Notes: generated by a model not told the origin, from the sequence alone. 64,000 bases of DNA from Hemiscyllium ocellatum (GCF_020745735.1 NC_083427.1:981211-1045210); one strand, 5' to 3'. Counted from the stretch's first letter, positions 36,540-49,010 are shown. Made by a program: numbers and translations.

Positions 36540-37420
36540 ATTCCAAATTCTCTCGACGTGTTGAATGACACTCTGAACCTGATGCCCCTGTCGTAACTGA
36601 CTCCTCAACCAAGGGGGGCAGGTGTTCTCTATTAAAACTTTGCATACCTCTCGTAATCGTAAACACGTAAATCATTACCCCTTCTGTCTACTCTGTTTTG
36701 AAGAAAATGATCCAAACCCTATCTAGGATCATAACATAGCTCAATTTCTCCATCCCAGGCAACATCCTGGTGAATCTTCCCTCTCTCCCCTCTAATCCTG
36801 TCACATCCTTCCTGCCATGACAAGACCAGAACTGGACATCGTACTCCAAACCTGGCCTGACTGACGCTTTGTACAAGTCCAAAATTACTCATTTATGCTC
36901 TATGGCACGAAAGATGAAAACAAGTGTGCCTAACAGTACTTCATCTTGTTTCTTCTTCCAAAGCATATTATCTTGCACTTATCAGGGTTAATGATCATGT
37001 GTTTTAGGTCTCCAATCACCCAATAGGATTTTCACTATTTACCACTCTTCCAAATGTGGTATCTTCTGCAAGTTTGCTTCATAAACCTCCTCCCCCCACA
37101 TTTTTATTTGAATGTTTTGTGTATCTAACGAACAATATGGGTCCGTAAACTGCTCCGAGTGGTGTACCGTTTCACACAAGTCTGCAGTGATCCAAACAGC
37201 CTTCTATCATTGTCTTTGAGTTCTATTACAGAGCCAGTTTCTGATCTGGCGTGAAAGCTTTCGATCAGGTCCATGTGCTTTAACTGTCTCAAATAATGTA
37301 CAGTAAGAAGTCTTTCAAAAACTTTGATGCAATCCATATATAAACTACGTCAAATGATCTCCTATTGTCCACACATTTTAGTGTATTTTCAAAAATTTCC
37401 AACAAATTTGTTAGGCATGA
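36540..37420 (-). mobile_element. CR1 fragment, tail-to-tail with the preceding copy
   Basis: Minus-strand LYKASVRPGLEYDVQFWS...FTRMLPGMEKLSY. Confidence 0.75.
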
Positions 37421-37672
37421 CATCCCTCTGAGAAAGCTATGTTTACTATTCTCTGCCCTCTATTGCCTGTTCTCACAACTATATAGTCTACTCTGTCGTG
37501 GAAGTCCCATGATAGAACATTAATTCCTTTACTGAAGTTTACTCAGTCTGACAACGAATGTATCAAATATCACACAACTGTCAGTGCCTTGATATTACAT
37601 AAAACGTGCCGGGATTTTTTCTTTTGTCGATGTGACTAAGTTTTCAACAAAAAACTTCTCCACTAATTGCAG

Positions 37673-37830
37673 GTATCCCTGAAATAAAAGAGGACCCGGT
37701 AGACTATGACGTCGAAGAAAACGAACGAGAAAATTTCGATGGAGGTGCCAACAGTTCATTATCCATTATGACGTTTGTCGTCCTGTTTATTCTCAGTTCG
37801 CTGTACAGCACATTTGTAACTGTGCTTAAG
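37673..37830 (+). CDS. IgNAR: IgNAR transmembrane exon TM1
   Basis: AATTGCAG|GT ... AAG|GTAAGA. GIPEIKEDPVDYDVEENERENFDGGANSSLSIMTFVVLFILSSLYSTFVTVLK: acidic spacer plus antigen-receptor TM motif (TF..LF..S..YST..T). Phase 1 matches C5 and C3. Confidence 0.94.
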
Positions 37831-38113
37831 GTAAGAACACATTTTAATAGCTGTGTTACATTCGGCTTTCATAGATGAAATCATGCTCATCTGCACATAA
37901 TAATGCAGAGCTATTACTCAAAAAATAATAATTTTCTTCAAATTGATCTTGAGTGATTAACTGCCGTCTTGAATAAACGTCCTCATGGGATGATTGCACA
38001 GAGGAATGCGAGCACACATTTTAAAAAGGTAAAAAAAGAATAGAAAGAAGTTCAGCACAAATTGTTTCAAATAGTTCTGCATCTCCATGAAGGAATGTGG
38101 AAAATATTAATTC

Positions 38114-38185
38114 ATGAATCAGATTAACTAATTAGTTTAGTTTAGATTAGTTTAGTTCAGATTAGTTAATGAATCAGATTAACTA
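38114..38185. repeat. 17-bp direct repeat (ATGAATCAGATTAACTA) flanking a 38-nt (TTAG[T/A])n tract
   Basis: Copies at 38114-38130 and 38169-38185, read directly. Confidence 0.85.
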
Positions 38186-38639
38186 GTGACAGATCAAAGT
38201 GAATTTATAGGAAAAGCATCGGTATGAGAGGCGACTTTATTTGCAACATGCAGCATTCTTCCAGATCTTTATAGGATAGATGCAGACATATTTTAAAAAT
38301 CTATATATATTATGAAACCTGATTCTAGTCCACCACTTGCATTTGGAAGCACGGGTTTTCAGAGCGCTGCTCCTGTGAAGTGTGATTTTTAGCTTTATTC
38401 ACCCCAGTCCAATACCAAATCCTCGACATCATGCAGAAAGATTGTTTGACTTGGTGGTGTATTAATACAGTCACAGAACGCACAAACGCAATTTCTGCAG
38501 AGTTGTGCCGATCTAACTATTCTATTCGCACATTCCAGCATTTGAGTTGTATGTTAGAATTCTTGAAGTACTCATCCATGTAAACATTTAAAGATTAAAA
38601 AGTTCTTTTTCTCACATCTACTACCCTCCGAGGCATTAC

Positions 38640-39180
38640 CCTGCAGATGCCCACTACCGTCTGGCTGAACAAATGCTTCATAAAAAATCATTCTGAAACA
38701 CCTGCCCATCATTTTCAATTATGTTCCTTCTTTACTGAACACCTAATTAAAAGAAATAACAGTTTCCCGTCTACCCTGTCCATGCCACTTGTAGTCATAT
38801 GCATCTCAACCACGTTCCCCTATCTGGTTTCTCTGTTGTAAAGAACACAACCTGGATGAACAAAGCATCTGCTAATATTTAGAGCTCGCCAGCGCTGCTT
38901 AATCTTCTAATAACTCCCTCCACTTAAAAAAATTCCTTGGTGTCGTGTTGTAAACAGAACTACACACAGTAATCCAGCTGTGGACTAAACGAACTTTTGT
39001 AAAATTCCAACATAACCGTCCTGATCTCACATCTCTAACATACGTACTGACAAAGGCAAGGGTCCAGAATGTATTCTTAAAAAAAGGCACTCGATATCCA
39101 CACACCTCAACATCTCCAGCATCTTTTATAAGAGGAAATGGTTCATCACATCACTCCCTATCATGTTTGCACTAATTAAT
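38640..39180 (-). mobile_element. Decayed CR1 3' fragment
   Basis: Minus-strand similarity to RT C-terminal motifs of other copies. Confidence 0.6.
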
Positions 39181-40277
39181 ACTGTTACCAAGCATCCTTC
39201 TGTACTCTGTGACCATCATCATCAATATCACCATTAGATAATGATGATTGAGTTACCAGTTCAATACATAGGTTTGATGCATCTCAAGAGTTATCCTGTT
39301 TCACTGCATTTCGCTCAGAACTAATTTCAGCCACCTTGTGTAATTCACCTTAATAGAAATTCACCATGATCACTGCAACCATGCAAAATCCATTTGATGT
39401 TTAAAGTCACGACATCATTTGACTGAATCTGCATAATGCGGAATCTACCACCAAAATATCTTTCTTGCCTTGTGCCCTCTGCAGCCAAACACAAAGTTAA
39501 GAATTCGGTGTAACTATAACAGGATATCCCGCTCATTACGTCCCACACATAGCCTTCAATTATTAATCTGTAATCTATTAATGAAATACAGAAGCTCTGA
39601 AGAAAGTTCACTGCACCTGCAGCATTAAATCTGGTTTCACTGTACAGATGCTGCCGGAGGTTTTCCATCAATTTCAAAATTTGTTTTTGATTTCCAGTAT
39701 CCACAGATCTTTAGCTTTTTGAAAAATGAAAATGCTTTGTCTGAGAAAACAAAATCCTGCATGACAATTTTTGGCTTTGCAAACAGGTGAAAGCCTAATT
39801 TCACGGGGCAGCCGATTGAAATAGAGAAGAAGATTCATGGATTTTGTTTTGGGAATTTCGAGGAGTTGCCAAGGGCCTTATTATAATTTTAAATAATACA
39901 CACAGACATATGGTGCTGTCAGTTCATTCTTCCATCTTTGTTCAAGCATTGAATACAGTCTCTCCTGGAATTTCCCACTCTACCTTTAGAAACTTGATTC
40001 TCAGCAGATTACCGATATATGCTGCAGAGTGCACTTTCACATTTTGACCTTAAATGGCCTCTGAAACATTTAATTGCCGCAGCATTACTGCATCAGCGAT
40101 TACATGGTCACCTGCAAGCTCGGTTTTCAGTGAGGCTGTTCCAAGTTGCAAGCAGGATGATGACGTCGAGTGAAAATCAATTCAATTAATTTATTAACTG
40201 GAACTCAGAATTTGCTGATGTTTTGTAATCAAATTTGAACTGTCTTTGCCAACTGTAAACAACCTTACATTTGCCCA

Positions 40278-41220
40278 AAAGAGAGAAAATGCTGGAAAAT
40301 CTCAGGAAATTTGGCAGCATCTGGAAGGAGAGAAAAGAACTGACGTTTCGGGTCTAAAAGACCCTTTGTCAAAGCTAGAAAGGGGAGAAATAGGGAGGTA
40401 TTTATACTAGGCTGGGAGAAGGTGCCATTTGTGCATGGCTTCACAAGCAAAGGTAGCAGTAAAGAGGTGATAATGACAGTACAGAGAGAGATTATAGGCT
40501 TATTAGAAGCTGAGGCCAGTGCTATGTGACAAAATATGTGGGGGATTGGTTGGGGGAGGGGGTGCGAGATGGAGGGCGGGAATGGGTGAAGCAGAGACAA
40601 AATGGGAAACGAGGAGAAGGGTAGCAAAGGGGGAAGAGGAGAGGTAAAAGGTGATGAGAGAGTGGGGAGCGAGAGAAAGAGAGACAATCAAGAAATAAGA
40701 GGCACAGAACAGTGAAAAAAAATAGAAAATTAAGATAAATAAAATAATTGAAATTAAATTATGGAGCAAAATGAAAACAGAGGGGTCGAGATGGGATAAT
40801 CATCTGATGTTGTTGAATTCAATGTTGAGACCGGCAGGCTGTAATGTGCCTAGTCGGAAGATGAGCTGTTGTTCCTTCAGTTTGCATTGAGTTTCACTGG
40901 AAAATTGCAGCAGGCCAAGGACAGACCTGTGGGCATTGGAGCAAGATTATGTGTTGAAGTGGCAAGCCACGGGAAGGTCCGGGAACTGATTGCGTACACA
41001 TATGGCTCCAGAAGCAAAGGTAGCAATAAAAAGGTGATAATGACGGTGTAACTAGTACAAATAATCTCTATTTCTCCCTTTTTTTGATTTGAGAAGGGGT
41101 CAGTTAGACTCAAAACGTCAGGTCCTTTCTCTCCTTACAGATTTTGCCAGACTTGCTGCAATTTTCCACCGTTCTCTCTTTTTGTTTTCAGATTTCAGCA
41201 TCCGCAGTAATTTGCTTTTT
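40278..41220 (-). mobile_element. Penelope-like element 3' end with inverted terminal repeat, in the TM1-TM2 intron
   Basis: Minus strand encodes the PLE C-terminus (FRLGTLQPAGLNIEFNNIR*). The pLTR has degenerate hammerhead cores at 40340-40373 (-) and 41088-41121 (+). The two ends are inverted copies. Confidence 0.8.
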
Positions 41221-41596
41221 TCTTACATTTTCCCATGTGGGTCGTGATCTAACTTTATTTCCTTGTACTCGTTTTATTTGGTAAATTGCCAGAGAATTTC
41301 TCTGCGCAGTATTTGCTATGCTACTGAACTTAAATCTCCTCTACAAAACATGAATCTATGCTTCATTTACTTTTCTTCCAAGTCCAAATTTCTCTTTGTA
41401 CGTTGTTTACTTGAAGAAAGGTCTAACCAGAGATGAGGCTACCTGATCATGGAGTTTTGTCAATCCTTTCCAGATCACAAAACATACCACTCGATTTCAT
41501 ACTGATAGTCTGCGATTTGCCTTTTGTGTATGCTTCAGAATGTTGAACGTTTTTATAGATTTTCTTATCGTAATTATTGGATTTTGCTCTCTGCAG

Positions 41597-41605
41597 GTAA
41601 ACTGA
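41597..41605 (+). CDS. IgNAR: IgNAR TM2 (cytoplasmic) exon V-N-stop
   Basis: Polypyrimidine tract TTTTGCTCTCTGCAG|GTA AAC TGA gives a K-V-N tail, analogous to the KVK tail of membrane IgM. Confidence 0.8.
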   Translation, partial: VN

Positions 41606-42363
41606 CCATCACTGATGAAAACAATTACTTCTGACTTCATTGAAAGCTTGTGTGTGAAGCTCCATCAGATGCTGATTAGAAATGGCATTGAATTGAATTT
41701 TGCTCTCAATCATATCGGCCCTTCCACGGTATCACTTCAACGTGTATTCTTATGTGATCTCAACTCTGGAATGAGAAATACTTGCATATTCTTGGTCATT
41801 AATGTTTGCCTTCACGCTTTCTTTTTTAAGTCTTGGAGTTAAAGAAATTTCATGAAACTGCTACAAGTTGAGGAAATCATTCTTCCCCATTTAAATAAGC
41901 TAAAGATGCATCTTTGAAAGTTGCCAATTGTCGGCAACATTTTGAAAAAAAAAGGGTATCCTATGTTCCTCATCTGCTAGACAATACATCTTTGAGAAAG
42001 GTAACCAGAGAAACCTTCCAAACAGGCACGCGCTCAAGTATAGCATTCTTATCCAAGAGCATGAGATAGATAAAAGCCTATTAATTTGACAGAATGTCGA
42101 GTCATTACTACAGAAGACATAGAAAATGTATTTTCCAAGACTTGGAAACAAATCTACAAGTCTGAATATTTTGCTCCCCACTGTTGTTATTAATTATCTG
42201 ACAGTGAGAGCCGACATTTCCTCTGTTCAGCATTTTTATTTGCGATAAGTGATAAGGCTATCAATGCTGAGTTTCAGCAATTGCTTCGTTTGCTAGAACC
42301 CGCAGTGCGAACGATTGAGAATATCTTAAGGATATTTCGAGATACAGAACCCAGCGAACACTT

Positions 42364-43254
42364 AATAAAAATACTTGAGTGTAGCATATAATTTGATTCC
42401 ACCTTGAAAAAGTCGCAGAATTTCACATTCACGTAGAAATTCAATGGACATTTTGTAAACTGCCATTACTATCCATAATACCACATATGTGGAAATGTGT
42501 TCACATATAATTGCTTATTTCAAACAACGGTTACGAATTCCCAGAACCATTGTTGTTATGAGACAATAGGTGCACTAAAGCAATTTCGTGAAGGGCGATT
42601 TTCAAACAGGGTTCAAATGAACAGTGTTCATTGTCTCTCTCTACTAACAAAAACAAAAGAAGTCTAATTGGCACCAGATACTGTGTAACATCACAGTTAA
42701 TAATTAAATGACTGATTTCTGTGCTGTTTATTTTGCTGCAAACTTTCCAAGTTGCAATGGAAGTGATTAAATGTAAGAGAATACATTTTGTTTTGAGTGG
42801 ATCAGAGATTCATTCTTGAAATTAATGAGCCATTCAAACCCATGTAAGCTCTTCTGCTTGCTCAGTACCTTCATTCCATTCCCACATGAGTTTTCAACCC
42901 TTTGAGTTAATTTTATTGACAAGACTGCAATTCTTATGATTTTCAAAATAAATGAAGTGTCAGAAGCAGAAGAAACTTGCACTCATTTGTGCAAACTGCA
43001 GAAATGTAATGCTGCCAACAATAGATATCACTGTTGTAATATAATTTAGTTATTGCCTTCCTATTCTGTCAAGTCTGTGGTGTGAAATGTACTTGCTGTT
43101 ATCTACTCCATATTGCCAATCATTTATATGTTGTTTAAATCCTGACCTTCAATCTAACATGTTTTCAAAATGTAATGTTATTCAGTTTGTTCCACTGATG
43201 ACGTCAGTATTCACATATTTTTGCCTCATAAATGATTTTCCTTTTGCAAATAAA
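42364..43254 (+). terminator. Candidate poly(A) signals for the membrane transcript (AATAAA at 42364, 42947, 43249)
   Basis: Canonical hexamers downstream of TM2. The one at 43249 is followed by a T-rich tract. Which is used cannot be decided from sequence. Confidence 0.4.
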
Positions 43255-43789
43255 ATCTGTTTTTAATTAAGCAACTGATGTGCAGAGCTTTATTCATTTA
43301 CTTTCAAAGTTTGCTGGCCGTAACAATCGTCAGATTTAATTGAAACTCAGTCCTGTAAAGTGGGAAGCATTGACACTATCAAACTTTATTGCCCATCGAC
43401 AAACTCTCCTTGCGAGATCATACGTTTTTATCTGCTACAATCTCTGTTAGATAGGGGACTGCAAAAGCATGTCAGGTTGTTAACTGATTTGAAGGGGTAT
43501 TGGCAGGCACTGTTTGATCCCTTGCAATGTATATCCTTGTATTTATGCAGAGTAGAGCGACGAGGTTTGACAATTATCATGTAACAAAGATGAGGGTTAA
43601 AACGTCATTGAATTACTGCCACCGATATTAGTCATCAACAGAATCTAGTCTTCAGTTCTGAATTCTTCCTGAAAGACAGTAAGAATTGCATCTAACTGTA
43701 ATGAATCAGAAACGCTATTCAGTAATGAATGAATCAATTATTGAAGACTAATCAGCAGATCTTGATACCTTGGCACTGGAAATTACTAC

Positions 43790-45570
43790 CCAAGATCCAT
43801 TAACCTGACTACCTTGGCTGCCCGATCATCTCAGTCTGCCCCTGTCCAACTTAACTCATCTCCACAAACCTACTTACTGTCCTGTTCCTCTGTTCCAGGA
43901 ACTTCCCACATACATTCGGACACTATCCATGCCCTCCAACCCCTCGAAGACTTTCGCTTCCCTGATCTCCGAAGCCTCATTTTCACCATTGTCGTCCATA
44001 GGGACAATAGAACTCCATCTACCATGATGAAGGCCTCCAAGCCATCCGTTTCTTCCTCTTAAGGTATCTCCAATAGTAGCTTTCCACGAACACTCTCATT
44101 CATTTGGCTGAACTGACCCTCACCGTGAGTAATTTATTCTTTGAATCCTCCAACTTTCTCCAGACAAAGGGGTAGCCAAGGGCATCCACATGGGCCACAG
44201 CAATGCTTGTCTCTTTGTCGGTTATGTTCTACAGTTTCACTGGTTCCATTTTCCACCTTTTCCTCCGCTACATTGATGAGTGCATCAGCACCACCTCGAG
44301 CTCTCACGGCGAGATTGAACAGTTTGTCAACTCCACTGACACATTTTGCCTCATCTGGACCATCTCAGAACCCCCACCCCACCTTGCTGGACATCTGCAT
44401 CTCCATTCACGGTGACTGACTCAACACTGACATCACCTACAAACCTATCGACTCGCACTGCTCCCTGGACTAAACCACCTCCCACTTTGCCTGCTGTAAA
44501 ATCCCGAACACTTATTCCCACTTGCTCCGCCTCTGCTGCATCTGCTCCCAGGAGAACCAGTTCCAACACAGAACAAACCAGATGGCCTCCGTTTTTGAAG
44601 ACAACAACTTTCCCTTCCATGTGATTGAAGATGCCCTCCAACGCATCTCATCCATTTCTCGGACCTGTCGACCGCCTCACTCCTCCAACTGCAACAAAGA
44701 CAGATAGCCCCCCCCACCCCCCCGGTCCTCACGTTCAACCCCACCAACCTCTGTCTACATCTCATCATTCTCCTGTATTTCCATCACGAACAACTGAACC
44801 CCACCAACAGAGATAAACGTCCCTCCTCATCCCATCCACTTTCCAGAAAGACCGTTTCCTCTGCAACATTATTGTCAATTCCCCGCCCCATTCAATGCAC
44901 TTTCCTCTCCCAGCACCTTCCCGTGCCAACGCAGGAATTTCAAAACCTGCACCCACACCTACCCCCTTACCTCCGTCCAACGCTCCAAAGGAGCCTTCCG
45001 CATTCATCAGAGTTTTACCTGCATTTCTACACATGTCGTTTACTCTGTCCGCTGCTCCCGATTTTGTCTCCTCGACATTGGAAAGACAGGAAGCCTACTT
45101 GCAGAGCACTTCAGATAACATCTCCAGGACACCGAAAGCAACCAACACCACAGCCCCACGGCCGAACACATCAACTCCCACTCCCACTTCACCAAGGACA
45201 TTCAGGTCCTGTGTCCCCTCCATCGCCATTCCTTTACCACCCGACCCATGAAGGAAGAACACCTCATCTTCAGTCTTGGGACCCTTCACGGCATCAATGT
45301 GGATTTTACCAGTTTCCTCATTTCCCCTCCCCCGACGTTATCCCTGTTGCAAACTTCCAAATCAGCAGTACACTCATAACTGATGTGATCTGTCTGCCCT
45401 CCTCTCTGACCTATCACCATTACCCGCATGTTCGTCTATCTATCACACTCTCAGCTCCAGTTCGCCCAGCCCACCTCCCTCCACCCCTTCGGCTCACACC
45501 CCAAATACTGTTGAAGAGCGCTTGCCCGAAACCTTGATCCTCCTGCTCCTCGGCTACTGCCTGACCTACA
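43790..45570 (+). mobile_element. Penelope-like retroelement (RT plus GIY-YIG endonuclease), decayed
   Basis: FLQTKGVAKGIHMG.SNACLFVGYV, FLRYIDECIS (YIDD box), LLDICISIHGD; QSFTCISTHVVYSVRCSRFCLLDIGKT...AEHFR*HL (GIY-YIG); LIFSLGTLHGINVDF; pLTR remnant CTGTTGAAGAGC..GCCCGAAAC at 45508-45532. Confidence 0.88.
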
Positions 45571-46909
45571 CTAATTTTCTAACACCACACGTTCGATTGA
45601 CTATTACGTATCGTGTTTAATTAATTATTTTATACAGTATGAGTGCAATTCCGTTCATCTCTGGGAGAATGCAGAGATTTTATATTTTGCAGTGGGTAAT
45701 TCCTGCCTTCCCAAAGCTGAAGATTCTGATCAATAAATGATCAATGCCTTGACTGAGATAGCAATGCTCCCGAGACGATATTTAAAAGTATTTTACAATG
45801 TCTTGTGAACAATCATATGAGATTTCACACCACAGTGTTCCTGCAATTAGCCACATGGTCAGTCTTCAGTAGCCTTAGACAAATCGTGAATTTTCGGTGG
45901 CATATCTTGCCATGATAAGAAACCTTAGAGTCCAAAGATTTCTAGACATCATTAAGTTGCTCACTCTTAATGAAATTCCTTACTGTCTTAAGTCTAGTTT
46001 CAAGGCAGACCTCATGTTAACTGTTTCCAACATAATAACGTTTGCAACAATATCTTAATTTCAAGCATTTCCTGAGCATTGTAAATGGTTCAACAGCTCT
46101 TGTATCGAAACATCAAGAGATTCAAGTGGTATCAGCCTACTAATTCAAATTTAAGTCAGTGATTTTCGATAGTTATTGGTGATGCATTCATTCAAGCATC
46201 ATCAACTTTATTGGAATAGGTCAAAGTGATCGTCCATTATATTTTGTGCAAACAAAATCGTCAACGTTACACATGAATTAGTTTCACTGCCAACCATATT
46301 CTAGCGGAAAATGGGCATAAGTGACTTAACATTGGGATTCAGAGAAGTGATGTTAACACCTTACAGAGCCCAATAACACACGTGCAAAACAACCGGATGG
46401 GTAATATTAATTTCAGTAGCCTGAAAAGAATGAAAATAGATTCCAGAAACAATGATGTTGAACCTTCCAAACTATGTCCCTGATTGGTGTGATGGTCAGA
46501 TTATGAGAATCTTTGCCCAGATTCACCAAACTGCATTTTACTAATTATAGATGAAAAACATTAACCTGTCAGCAAATTTGGCATGTATTATTTCTTTCCC
46601 CACTTATCACAGTCAAACTGGCGATCTCAATTGAGTAATACAAAAGCGCAATTCAATTGAAATTGTTCATTTTTTTTATCTCAGGAGATAACTCTAAACC
46701 ACGACCTTTCCTTACTTCGAAAGTAGCCGAATTTAATGAAATCTCGACAGAAAGTTACACTGTGCAACATGATCAGAAACCAGTTTATACTTTGTTGTCG
46801 TGGTGCACTTCTGTAAAGGAGAATGGGTTTATGTCACTGCATTTCACTCCACCTAGAGGCTAAGACTAGCCATTAGGAAAAAGCAATGACTGCAGATGCT
46901 GAAACGAGA

Positions 46910-47024
46910 TTTTGGATTAGTGGTGCTGGAAGAGCACAACAGTTCAGGCAGCATCCGAGAGGCATCAAAATCTCCTCGGATGCTGCCTGAACTGCAATGG
47001 TCTTCCAGCACTACTAATCCAAAA
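46910..47024. repeat. Near-perfect palindrome (50-bp arms, 15-nt spacer) derived from Penelope pLTR sequence
   Basis: TTTTGGATTAGTGGTGCTGGAAGAGCAC..CAGGCAGCATCCGAG versus CTCGGATGCTGCCTG..TCTTCCAGCACTACTAATCCAAAA. The arms resemble the pLTRs at 45540-45570 and 48915-48960. Confidence 0.85.
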
Positions 47025-48023
47025 TAATGCGAGCTATTACATGTCTGAGGAACAGGAGGAGACATATCACATTGCATAAACAGCAATTGTGTTCATTTAG
47101 ATCGCAAATAATGCCTGGCAGAAAAGTTCATAAACCTTGACACCGTTGTTAACACATATCCAATTATGTCATTGGGAAAGCTTAACGTGCCAGTAGCCAT
47201 TAGCTTTCGTGAGTTATTTGTACCGTTTGTGTCATAATTGTTTCCTATTTCATTCCAGAATGGCCTATGTATAATTAAAACTACTGCTAGCTTATTCTTG
47301 TACTATCCAACAAGAAGATATGTTAGTAAATTATGCCGACACAATAAATATCTTTTATGTAGTTTCTGATCCCAACAGCCATACACTGCTCATGTATAGG
47401 TTTGAGAAGTGTGCTGATTGCTTGGCAATTCAACCGTGATTGGCCGATGCATTGCCATTCAGAAAACAATGCACAGCTACACTCTTGTCGTGTTCCTGCG
47501 TATCACCAAAGACGTTAGTATAATGGAAAAATCAATTGGAAATGCTTACTATATTTATTATTCTGTTAAGTTTGCTACTGGTCTGTTAAAAAGCAATTCT
47601 GTCTTTATTTTATTGCATTTGAACAACAGCGAAAGAATAAAGTTTGTGTTATATTTTAATTTCGGAAGGTCTACCTGCCGAATTGTGTCTGGAATGCAAG
47701 ACGTTATATTTACCTTTGAAATAATAAAATAGTTAGTGCTGAGACTAGACAAACACCAAACTTCACTAATGCCTTTGAACTGCACTTGTTGCACAGCCTT
47801 CTGTGCCCTGGAATGATAATTACTCATCAAGATGCTTGTTAAATGTTATGAGACTGCCTCAACCACCCTCTCTGGCAAATATTACATTCTGCTACACCCT
47901 CTGGGTAGAAGAAATTTATCTCAGAACAACTTCAAGCCGCTTACTCGTCATTTTGCATTAATGTCACATGGTGTTAAGTACACGAACCATAGAGAAAATA
48001 AAATCTCACAATTTCACATGTTG

Positions 48024-48720
48024 AGGCGGCACGGTAGCTCAGTGGTTAGCACTTCTGCCTCACAGCGCCATTGAATTGCTCTCCCCCAGACAAGCCCTGC
48101 CTGTCCAATCTCTCCTCATGACTTTCATGCCAATTAACATCCCAGCGAATCTCGTCTACTTCCTGTCAACTGTTTTGAGATCCTTTTTGCAGTGTGACAA
48201 CAAGAACTGAACACAATATTGCATTTCTGGTCTAAGTAATTTCTGTTCTAAAGTTGTAACAAGACTTACTTTCTCCTATTGTTCTAGGCCTTGGTCTTTG
48301 AGGGCAAGCGTCCCAAATGCCTTGTTTACCGCTGCAAATGTCCATGCAACTTCAGTGATCTGTAGACGTATATACCAAGATCCCTGTGTTCCTCAGTGTT
48401 ACCTCGAGTTGCATGATTCGTGATATATGTCTTTCCATTTTGCAATCTCCCAAAATGCATCACGTCCCATTGCACAGAATTAAATTTCATCTGTCACGGT
48501 TCTACCCGATTTCCCAGATTATTAGTATTAGACTCTGCTCCGAGACAGTTCTGCTCACTATCAACGACATCAACAATTGTCGAGTCATGCATAAACATGC
48601 TAACAGCATGGAGACCGGATCCTCAAACAGACTGTCGTAAATAAAAAAAAGTCATTGACAACGCTCAAGGCCGGTCAATGAGCACTACAGCCCCCAGAGT
48701 CATCACAAAGAGTACCATTC
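48024..48720. mobile_element. SINE head only (48024-48070, +) abutting a CR1 fragment (-)
   Basis: GGCGGCACGGTAGCTCAGTGGTTAGCACTTCTGCCTCACAGCGCCA followed by antisense CR1 RT sequence. Confidence 0.7.
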
Positions 48721-48849
48721 CCAACTGAAAGTGCTCTTTGAGATGACTGAACAGTTTTTTTTCCCCACAAGCAATCCTGCTTTGCATTGTTTTATCTGCT
48801 TAGTTTTAGAGTTGTTATTGCACACCTCTGGAGCAGACAGGGCTGAACT

Positions 48850-49010
48850 CAGGCCTTCTTCAGGAATGCTGGGGTTATTTCCAAAACATTTTCCGGCTTA
48901 TGACCGAAACGTCGATTCTTCTGCTCCTTGGATGATGCCTGACCTACTGCGCTTTTCCAGTAACACATTTTTCGGCTCTTATCTCCAACATCTGCAGTCC
49001 TCACTTTCTC
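48850..49010. mobile_element. Penelope pLTR remnant with split, inverted hammerhead halves
   Basis: Minus strand ATTCCTGAAGAAGGCC (48853-48868); plus strand GGCTTATGACCGAAACGTCGATTC (about 48895-48918). Confidence 0.65.

Larger units (their letters stand above)
4450..41605 (+). other. IgNAR: Complete germline IgNAR heavy-chain cluster (L-V-D1-D2-D3-J-C1-C2-C3-C4-C5/sec-TM1-TM2)
   Basis: All exons and segments below were located by hand translation. GT/AG boundaries are phase-compatible and the organisation matches the known shark IgNAR cluster type (one V, three D, one J, five C). Confidence 0.97.

Noticed and set aside
44872-45537. 221-aa Pro/His-rich ORF, the longest in the window
   Set aside because: It is an alternative frame of the decayed Penelope GIY-YIG region; the meaningful frame contains stops.
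46685-46863. Acceptor-like TTTTATCTCAG followed by an open 59-codon frame
   Set aside because: No Ig-domain C-W-C pattern, no clear donor and no recognisable homology.
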